A DNA stretch of 64,000 nucleotides from a virus. Its lineage: Duplodnaviria; Caudoviricetes. Below are positions 46,681-53,684 of this stretch, piece after piece. The notes below the pieces were generated by a model. The model was not told the DNA's origin. It saw only the letters and a program-made list of their open reading frames with translations, and searched no databases. Location: the IMG/VR virus record IMGVR_UViG_3300028186_000155, one strand, 5' to 3'. Made by a program: the position numbers and the translations under genes. Position 1 is the stretch's first letter. Each line of letters opens with the position of its first letter.

Positions 46681-47108
46681 AACCCCTTTTCCAGTTTGCG
46701 CTCAACCTTCACTTGGAACGTGATGCTACGCTCTGCACGCGCAGGCAGCATGGAGAAAGCGAGGAAAACGTTACCGAGGTGTGCACGCCCAACCTTGTGG
46801 GCCTTACGGCGACCGCGCAGCCAGATGAATTTGATATCGCCGTCGTCTTTGTCCATCAGGCGCACCAGACAACGGTTTTTATCATCGTGAATTTCGTATT
46901 TGGTGCAGGCCTGAACGTTGACGTTTTTCAGTTCTTCCACCAGCCCTTGGTGCTGCATGTTGGCCACGAATGCTTGGCACTCGGCAACCATTTGTTGCGG
47001 CGACACTTTGAACAGGCTTTCGGTCAAAGATTCTTTGAGTTGCGCGCTGATTCTTTCTTGCAGCATGCGCACCGTTTGACGTACAACGATCCGATCAATT
47101 GGATGCAT
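46668..47108 (-). CDS. stand-alone tail-sheath C-terminal-domain-like protein
   Basis: DRIVVRQTVRMLQERI and FLAFSMLPARAERSITFQV resemble the sheath NVRRL and final strands; GGAGG RBS. Confidence 0.5.
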   Translation of the reverse strand: MHPIDRIVVRQTVRMLQERISAQLKESLTESLFKVSPQQMVAECQAFVANMQHQGLVEELKNVNVQACTKYEIHDDKNRCLVRLMDKDDGDIKFIWLRGRRKAHKVGRAHLGNVFLAFSMLPARAERSITFQVKVERKLEKGLCRA

Positions 47109-47448
47109 TTTGTGCGGCCTCCCGTGACATGCGGCGTTCTTTTGAGCGGCCCAGTTTCCACGCGGCTTCTACGATTGCTTGGTTGATATTGCCGGGAATT
47201 GGATCACGTGCAGTTCCCGCACCATAGCCCACGACGCCCCACATATCGTCATTGTTTTTGTGCTCTTTGCGGTAGGCCACAATCTGCTTGAACCCTTCCG
47301 CGAAATACACGTCAATTCGCAGGTACGTTTGCAGGGCCAAACAGTGGTCATTGTTGGTCAACGGTGCCCAGTCGATAGCCTCCATTTCTTCCTGCGTGCG
47401 ATCAGCTGCAACACCGGCCAAACGTTCCATTTCTTTGTTGCCCATCAT
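47095..47448 (-). CDS. hypothetical protein (phage ABA-sandwich-like)
   Basis: WAPLTNNDHCLAL..LRIDV...AIVEAA pattern. Confidence 0.45.
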   Translation of the reverse strand: MMGNKEMERLAGVAADRTQEEMEAIDWAPLTNNDHCLALQTYLRIDVYFAEGFKQIVAYRKEHKNNDDMWGVVGYGAGTARDPIPGNINQAIVEAAWKLGRSKERRMSREAAQNASN

Positions 47449-47771
47449 TTAATGTCCTTGAGGGTAAGCAACAGGCCAACCGGGGGATTGGCCGGGTCTT
47501 GAATATTGTTGATGAATGCAAAACGTTCCAGCGTCACAGCAGGCTGGAAACGGTCGAAGATTTCTTGCAGATTGTCACCGGGTGCCACGGTGTAAACCGC
47601 GAAGTCACGGGCGTTTACGCGTTCGAACCACATTTCCGTATAGATCCGCACGTGGTCGCTACAGGTTGCACAACGCGTAAAGAAAACGTCACGATCCAGT
47701 GGGTCCAATTGTGAGGAAATGCGCTCGATATCAGCTGCTGTTTTATGAATTTCTTCGATCAATGCATTCAT
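47445..47771 (-). CDS. hypothetical protein
   Basis: AAGGA RBS. Confidence 0.65.
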   Translation of the reverse strand: MNALIEEIHKTAADIERISSQLDPLDRDVFFTRCATCSDHVRIYTEMWFERVNARDFAVYTVAPGDNLQEIFDRFQPAVTLERFAFINNIQDPANPPVGLLLTLKDIK

Positions 47772-47780
47772 GCAGATTCC

Positions 47781-48401
47781 TTAACGGAGACGGATCAACT
47801 GACCGGGGAAAATCAGGTCAGGGTTTTCCAGTTTGTTGATGCGTGCGAGTTCGCGCCAGCAAATGCCGAAAGTGGCGCCGATTTGGGACAACGTGTCGCC
47901 TGCAACCACACGGCAGTAACCGAGTATCAGACACTGGATCATACCGGAATAGTTGCGCACGTTGGTCAGCACTTCCTGCGGCAACGACAGGTCTTCCTTG
48001 TCGATCAGTTTCTGAATAGTTTCAGGCAGATTGTCTGCAATAAAATCGTCAGACAGTGCCTTGGGTTCGGCTGGTTTCCACAGCTTGCAGTATTTCAACA
48101 CGTTCGGCACGTCGGCGGAATCAACAGGCAACACCACAAGGCAAGTTGGCTCGGCGTTGCAGATGGTGTTTTCGTGGCCCGCGTGATGAATCAGCGTTTC
48201 CTGAATTTTCAGGAATTCGCGTTGAGTTGCACGCACCACAACCTTGCGGAAAGATTCGTCAAACCATTTGAAATAATGGGCACGTTGGGCGCCGTCGAGG
48301 CAGGTGAACTTGTCGTGTGCAGTCAGCACCGAATGCGCGACCAGTGTAGGCACCATGTAATCGGGCGCGTCTTCACGTACAGCGATGTACATTTTCAACA
48401 T
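47781..48401 (-). CDS. PTH2-like peptidyl-tRNA hydrolase domain fused to a C-terminal LysM
   Basis: KMYIAVRED..VAHS..W...FRKVVV...TCLVVLP; YCRVVAGDTLSQIG..FG..WRELARINKLENPDLIFPGQLI. Confidence 0.75.
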   Translation of the reverse strand: MLKMYIAVREDAPDYMVPTLVAHSVLTAHDKFTCLDGAQRAHYFKWFDESFRKVVVRATQREFLKIQETLIHHAGHENTICNAEPTCLVVLPVDSADVPNVLKYCKLWKPAEPKALSDDFIADNLPETIQKLIDKEDLSLPQEVLTNVRNYSGMIQCLILGYCRVVAGDTLSQIGATFGICWRELARINKLENPDLIFPGQLIRLR

Positions 48402-48784
48402 TTTGGGAGTCCATGACAGAAAGAAACTTCGTGTTTTTTCGCGTAGACGTGGGCCAGCCGACGACTACGGAACCACAGTTGAATCATCGGGGCCTTGGTG
48501 AACGTGACGTATGCCCCTTTGCGCCCACTCTCGACCGTGTAACGCGGTGCCGTGTTGTGTTCCGTGATCAGCTGCGCCCAATCCTGCAAAAACTTCAGCA
48601 TTTTCGAATCAGGATTTTCAATGGCTTCGCACGTCGATTCCATGGGCGCTGGGGAGTTTGCCCAATCCATGCGCTGGATCTTGAACGGTTGAAAACTCAT
48701 ACCGTGCGGCGCGTTTTCGAAATTGACCGTGAACTCTTCGGGCCGTTTGCCGTAATCGGAAAATCCATCTGCCACGAAAATCAC
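48395..48784 (-). CDS. hypothetical protein with a segment reminiscent of tail-tube proteins
   Basis: GTGA overlap start; TCEAIENPDSKMLKFLQDW. Confidence 0.5.
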   Translation of the reverse strand: MIFVADGFSDYGKRPEEFTVNFENAPHGMSFQPFKIQRMDWANSPAPMESTCEAIENPDSKMLKFLQDWAQLITEHNTAPRYTVESGRKGAYVTFTKAPMIQLWFRSRRLAHVYAKKHEVSFCHGLPKC

Positions 48785-49056
48785 GTGCGGATTCCTTCTT
48801 TCAACACCTGTTCGATGTTGAGGTCGGCGCACTTGAGCAATTCGATCAGATCGTCATAGTTGAAGCGGTCGATATGCCCGCTCAACAAATCCTGCAACCG
48901 GCCATTAGAAATCCAGAGCTTCTGACAGATTACTTCTGGATTCTGGCCCCAGCTTTTGATTTCACGAACAAGGCGGCGCATCAGGAAAGAGCGCAGACGC
49001 ATTGCAGGAACTTCATCGGCAGGCAGCAAATGTTCCCAAACGCAATGGTTATTCAT
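48781..49056 (-). CDS. XRE/HigA2-like HTH protein
   Basis: LRSFLM...ICQKLWISNGRLQDLLSGHIDRFNYDDLIEL. Confidence 0.75.
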   Translation of the reverse strand: MNNHCVWEHLLPADEVPAMRLRSFLMRRLVREIKSWGQNPEVICQKLWISNGRLQDLLSGHIDRFNYDDLIELLKCADLNIEQVLKEGIRT

Positions 49057-49385
49057 TTTTCAGGCTTCCTGTATACGTCGGTAATCAGGTCGGTGCGCGT
49101 AATGTGCGGAATGGCACCCGGCTTGATGGTTTCGCTCAAAATGAGATGCGTGTGTTCCGGCGTTTCTTCAACGACTATCGGATACGGACCTTCACCGAAC
49201 ACGCGCTGTTCCCCGGCAATCAACTCAGATGAAATTCCCAAACTTTCGTACATGCGCGCCTGAAGCTGTTGTGCCTCAGCTTCACCCCACGTAACCCAGC
49301 CACGTGTCGGACCCTTTTCGGCAGGGACCACAATGGCCCCAGTTTCGTCAGGTTCTGCCTGCGAAATATCCTGTTCAATGATCAT
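49053..49385 (-). CDS. small protein starting with a tail-sheath N-terminal motif
   Basis: IIEQDISQ...GAIVVPAEKGP; GAGG RBS. Confidence 0.6.
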   Translation of the reverse strand: MIIEQDISQAEPDETGAIVVPAEKGPTRGWVTWGEAEAQQLQARMYESLGISSELIAGEQRVFGEGPYPIVVEETPEHTHLILSETIKPGAIPHITRTDLITDVYRKPEK

Positions 49386-49560
49386 CTGATTTTTCCTCGA
49401 TTATTTCGCCGGTTTTTGCATCGCGTGGCACGTACCACTGGCGATCATTCGGCAATTCCCATCCGGCAGGCAGTGTGATATCGATTTTCAACATGTTGTT
49501 TTCGATATCTTCCGGGCTGTTGTTGGTTTCGTCGCAAATCACTTCCCAATCATGCGGCAT
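49375..49560 (-). CDS. 61-aa tail-sheath C-terminal fragment
   Basis: DWEVICDETNNSPEDIENN versus sheath DWETICDSRNNSPADIANN; GAGG RBS. Confidence 0.75.
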   Translation of the reverse strand: MPHDWEVICDETNNSPEDIENNMLKIDITLPAGWELPNDRQWYVPRDAKTGEIIEEKSDDH

Positions 49561-49795
49561 GTTTGTTTCCTCGGCGTCGTGCGAGCATTTCGCGTGCGGT
49601 TTCCGGGTGCAGTTCGAAAATGTTCAGCGGCCTGCACCGTGTCAAATGGTGGGGTTTATATTTGGTTGGGAACCACTCACCTCGGTACATGGAAAATTCG
49701 AACACTACACGCCCACGGCGGCTGTAGAACATTTCGCTAATGCCTTTGGAAATAACGTGGGTTGCAGTGCGTGGGGATCGAGAAATGCCATTCAT
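49550..49795 (-). CDS. hypothetical basic protein
   Basis: GAGG RBS; ATGA overlap. Confidence 0.6.
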   Translation of the reverse strand: MNGISRSPRTATHVISKGISEMFYSRRGRVVFEFSMYRGEWFPTKYKPHHLTRCRPLNIFELHPETAREMLARRRGNKHAA

Positions 49796-50505
49796 TGTTC
49801 GGCGGCCCCTCGGTTGATAGCGCGGATGTACCGCATTTCGTAGGCGCTGATTTTGAATTTGTGTGCCACTTCGTCTTCCTCTCCGTCCATTTGCAGGGCT
49901 TCGCGGTAGATGCCCACGGTTTCCGTGCTCAGCAATTCCACCAAACGTTCGGCCTGTTTGTCTGTGAGGTAAACGGTGCGGCGCAGCTTTTCAATTCGGT
50001 TATTCAGCTGCCGGTAAGTTTCTTTAGACGCCAGCCATTTGCAGGCCAATTGCCGGACCGGAAGCTGGTGTGTTTCCGATGGCATGGTGTAACACCACGT
50101 CATGAAGTTGGTGAAGAAAGTTTGTTGCGATGCAGCGTGTTTCTTCGCGTGCAACACCACATCGAATTTGCGGCGCTGGCCCGTCACTTCCTTGGCCGGT
50201 GGAATCCCCTTGAAGTCGATCAAGGTAAAGCCGTCAACGTGGAAGTCTTCAGCCTCTTTGAAATCAACCGGAATCAAATCGTGAGGTGCCAGTGAAATGG
50301 GATCGTCGCAGACGTAGCAAATGCAGCCCGCTTTGGCTGCGCGTTCCCGGTAGGTTTCGAAACTCACAACACTAACAAAGATCAGGTGTTTGCGTGCTTC
50401 GAAATCTGGACCGAGGATTGCGATTTGTGAGCGCTGCACCCCGGATTGGCGCAGGTGTACCAGAACTTTATCGGGTGATGTGTGTGCGAAACCGTAGGCG
50501 ATCAT
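49792..50505 (-). CDS. hypothetical protein
   Basis: 237 aa; possible C-terminal HTH (EVAHKFKISAYEMRY). Confidence 0.7.
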   Translation of the reverse strand: MIAYGFAHTSPDKVLVHLRQSGVQRSQIAILGPDFEARKHLIFVSVVSFETYRERAAKAGCICYVCDDPISLAPHDLIPVDFKEAEDFHVDGFTLIDFKGIPPAKEVTGQRRKFDVVLHAKKHAASQQTFFTNFMTWCYTMPSETHQLPVRQLACKWLASKETYRQLNNRIEKLRRTVYLTDKQAERLVELLSTETVGIYREALQMDGEEDEVAHKFKISAYEMRYIRAINRGAAEQ

Positions 50506-50636
50506 TTGCCGGACTTTTCCTTCAGTTGTTTCTTGAGGCGGCCAGTCATACCGAGCGCGTCGGAATGGAATTTGATGGCTGCACGGTGGAACGTGTACAG
50601 GTTGGAAAATTTCAACAGGCGCAAATCATCTTTCAT
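50502..50636 (-). CDS. 44-aa hypothetical protein (below ORF-track cutoff)
   Basis: MKDDLRLLKF..., GGAG RBS, ATGA overlaps at both ends. Confidence 0.55.
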   Translation of the reverse strand: MKDDLRLLKFSNLYTFHRAAIKFHSDALGMTGRLKKQLKEKSGK

Positions 50637-50794
50637 TTGATTCTCCCGGCCAGTGGCCCAGTAAAGGTGTGACCGGCGCAGGCGTCGATCATTTGTTGGA
50701 AATGGTCGTTGTTTTGCTCAATGTATTTTTCGAGCCGGGCCACGCCTTCCTGTACGCGTTGCTCACGTTTCGATTTCAGCTTTGGCTTTTTCAT
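50633..50794 (-). CDS. 53-aa hypothetical protein (below ORF-track cutoff)
   Basis: MKKPKLKSKREQRV..., AAGGA RBS, fills the operon gap. Confidence 0.5.
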   Translation of the reverse strand: MKKPKLKSKREQRVQEGVARLEKYIEQNNDHFQQMIDACAGHTFTGPLAGRIK

Positions 50795-51104
50795 TCCATT
50801 CCTTGATCACGTCGAACTCGGCCTGTGCCCGCTTGTTTTTGGAGGCATTGGTGCGCACCAGCTGGCAATACTTGCAGGCCAGTGAAAATTGGGCGTCGAG
50901 AATAACTTCGGTCAGGAAGCGGCGCATGTCCTGCTGATACTCGGCATACACGAACGGAATGCGATACTCACCTGTAACGTTTAGCGTAGGCTCGCCGGGG
51001 ATTTCCGCATAGGTTTTCACTACCCAAAACTGGTAGACGTTCGGGCTGCACGACCATTTGATGCGAGGGGTATAAATCGACGGAAATTGCACACGCTTTT
51101 TCAT
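50763..51104 (-). CDS. hypothetical protein
   Basis: ATGA overlap. Confidence 0.6.
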   Translation of the reverse strand: MKKRVQFPSIYTPRIKWSCSPNVYQFWVVKTYAEIPGEPTLNVTGEYRIPFVYAEYQQDMRRFLTEVILDAQFSLACKYCQLVRTNASKNKRAQAEFDVIKEWNEKAKAEIET

Positions 51105-51406
51105 TGAACGTCACTCAGCTTTGCACCCGCTTTGCACAGGTGATAAGTGATGTTGGTGGTGTCTGCCAAATCCATCGCAAATATCACCGAGGCCTCCACC
51201 TTGTCTTCGTGCCAGAAGATGCCCAGCAAGCAAGGGAAAATGCTAGGCATTTCATCCGGGTTGTTGACGTAGGGTAGTGCCATGTAATCCACGTCGTCTT
51301 CGTTGTCGGTGTAGATGGCGTTCAGAAACTTTTCGATATCGTGAACGCCATTAACGATTTGTGCGTAGACGTTTTCAGACAGCATCGTATCGAACATTGG
51401 AAACAC
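51101..51406 (-). CDS. hypothetical acidic protein (start may be 51397)
   Basis: Operon ORF. Confidence 0.6.
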   Translation of the reverse strand: MFPMFDTMLSENVYAQIVNGVHDIEKFLNAIYTDNEDDVDYMALPYVNNPDEMPSIFPCLLGIFWHEDKVEASVIFAMDLADTTNITYHLCKAGAKLSDVQ

Positions 51407-53684
51407 CCTTGAATTTTTCTACCGTGACGTAAGAGCATTCCGGGTGCAGGTGCTTGCCCTTCTGCGTGATGATGAACACGTGAGGGACCAGCTTGCGCAG
51501 GAACGGCACATAACGTTCTACGAAAAGGTTGGTAGTCGCTTGGTCCATGTGCGCATCTGGTTCGTCCAGAATTGCCAGATTAACCCGGCGATCATCTTTG
51601 GCCATGATTACGCAGGCGAGGAAGTGCAGTAGGCGGAAACTATCGGATTCAGCACCCGACAATTCGCGAACATCCGACACATTACCTTGGCCCCGGTCAA
51701 CCATGATGTGCACGCCGTCGTCTTTGGCATTGACCGTAAACTTGAACGGCTCGGCAAAGATCAGCTGTGCGTATTTGTTGTAATTCTGCTGAAGGCCGTA
51801 GACAATTTCGTGCATGGCGTTCAGCTTCAGGCCCTTGTTGCTGTAGGCCTTGGACAGAATCTTAAACCGCTTCATTTTCTTGATCAGCGGCGCGAACTCT
51901 TCCACCTTCTGGCTCGCCTCTTCGCGCTGCTTTGACAGCAGTTTGAATTCAGCTTTCAGCGAGCTATAGCGCACGGTGATTTTCTGCGCTTTGGTGTATT
52001 TCTTTTCGACCTTTTCCAACTTGGCTTCGACTTCAGCCAGACGCTTGAGAATGTTGTCGTCTTCCGGTACTTCGTCGTACTCTTCCAGTCGCCCTTTGAG
52101 ACGGGCCACTTCATCCAAAATTTCTTTTTGCTCTTCGATCTTTTCCATCGAAATCGTGCAGCGACGTGCTGGCGGTTTCGGTTTCTTCAGATCGTTAAGC
52201 TGGGCCATGATTTCTTCCCAGCGCCCGGCGTTCTTGATGTTTTCTTCCAGCTTATCAATTTCGCCGTTGATCACCTTGATCCGCTTGCGAGCCGCGTAGA
52301 AAGCGCGTTCGTCAAACTTCAGGGCTTTGATTGTTTCGGTGTTTTCTTGCTTGGTGATTCGAATTTCCAGCGCGTGGATCATCGAGTGCGCTTTGCCCTT
52401 GCGTTTCTTGGCTTGGGCAATGGTTTTTTCCAGATCCTTGACATTGATTGCCTGCATGCAGGTTGGGCAGTTGCCGCCGTCATGGTCATGCAGCAAGTCG
52501 GCAAGTTTCATCGTGGTTTTTGCCGTGGTGTACTCTTCTTTCAGAGCCTCCATCGGGTCCACGCCTTGCTTGTTGCACTTGCTCAGGAATTTACGCAGAT
52601 CCGGGTCCACGTGATCATCAAGGTTTTCCAGTTCGCGCACAGCCGCGTCGTGCTTGTCGCGGACCTTTTCCAGCTTGCGGTCTTGCTCTTCGAGGTGCTT
52701 GAGTTCGGTGCGCAGTTTCTTCAGTTGGAATTCTGCTTTCTTGCCACCGCCCTCAACGCCGCCCAGTTCCGCCAGCTTGGCTTCCCATTTCTTGACCTTG
52801 CGTTGGTATTCCTCAAGGTCATCGTCGTATTTTTCTTGTTCCTGATGCAGCTTGTACTGGTCGCGCAGTTCGGCCTTGTCGTACTTGAGTTTCTTTTGCA
52901 GCTTTTTCAGCTTTTGCTTGGTGGTGCTGTAGAACTCGACCTGCTTGGCCAGACTCTTCAGTTCCTGCCGTTGCGACTGGAGTTTGGTAACTTTTTTGGA
53001 CTGGGTTTTGACTACTTCTTTCGCCTCAGCCAGTTCCTTATCCAGCTTTTTGTTCCAGCCGTTTTTATTCAGCTGGTCATTGATGTTCATCAGCTGGTGC
53101 GTGAACGCGTCCGACTTGTTCTGCGCTACCTTGACCTCTTCGATACGCTTGTCGAAATAACGACGCAGCACGTCGAATTGATCAAGGCGCCAGACTTGGC
53201 TGATGTAGGACATGCGGGCGCGGGGCGTGCCGTACAAAAATTCGAGTTTCTTCTGCGATTGCAGGTGCACATACGAATACCATTCGTCTTGTGTCAGCGG
53301 CAGAATTTTCTCGATTTGAATACGGGCGTCACCTTGCCGCCCGAACTTCATGTCCTCTCCGTCACGCAGCACTTTGTAACCACCGGCCTGCTGGCGAATG
53401 GTCCACTTGTGCCCGAGGTTTTCCACGTCGATTTCGATGAACGAACCTTTCGAGTGGATGCGGTTTTTCTTTTTCGTATCTGCCATTGGCGTCTGCTCGA
53501 AAGCGACGTTAGGCAGCATGGAAAACATGAGGGATTTACCTGCGCCGTTGTTCTGCTCTTTCGAGATTCGCGAATCGCGGTTATGGCCGGTAACAGTGGT
53601 CAGGCCGCAATTGTTGGTGAAATCAAATTCGCCCATCTTGTACGAAACGATTCCGCCGAAACGGCTACAGGTAATGTTGATCAT
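51375..53684 (-). CDS. sbcC: Rad50/SbcC-like ATPase (gp46-like)
   Basis: NGAGKS, Q-loop, coiled coils, CPTC zinc hook, LSGAE, ILDEP, IITQ. Confidence 0.93.
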   Translation of the reverse strand: MINITCSRFGGIVSYKMGEFDFTNNCGLTTVTGHNRDSRISKEQNNGAGKSLMFSMLPNVAFEQTPMADTKKKNRIHSKGSFIEIDVENLGHKWTIRQQAGGYKVLRDGEDMKFGRQGDARIQIEKILPLTQDEWYSYVHLQSQKKLEFLYGTPRARMSYISQVWRLDQFDVLRRYFDKRIEEVKVAQNKSDAFTHQLMNINDQLNKNGWNKKLDKELAEAKEVVKTQSKKVTKLQSQRQELKSLAKQVEFYSTTKQKLKKLQKKLKYDKAELRDQYKLHQEQEKYDDDLEEYQRKVKKWEAKLAELGGVEGGGKKAEFQLKKLRTELKHLEEQDRKLEKVRDKHDAAVRELENLDDHVDPDLRKFLSKCNKQGVDPMEALKEEYTTAKTTMKLADLLHDHDGGNCPTCMQAINVKDLEKTIAQAKKRKGKAHSMIHALEIRITKQENTETIKALKFDERAFYAARKRIKVINGEIDKLEENIKNAGRWEEIMAQLNDLKKPKPPARRCTISMEKIEEQKEILDEVARLKGRLEEYDEVPEDDNILKRLAEVEAKLEKVEKKYTKAQKITVRYSSLKAEFKLLSKQREEASQKVEEFAPLIKKMKRFKILSKAYSNKGLKLNAMHEIVYGLQQNYNKYAQLIFAEPFKFTVNAKDDGVHIMVDRGQGNVSDVRELSGAESDSFRLLHFLACVIMAKDDRRVNLAILDEPDAHMDQATTNLFVERYVPFLRKLVPHVFIITQKGKHLHPECSYVTVEKFKGVSNVRYDAV

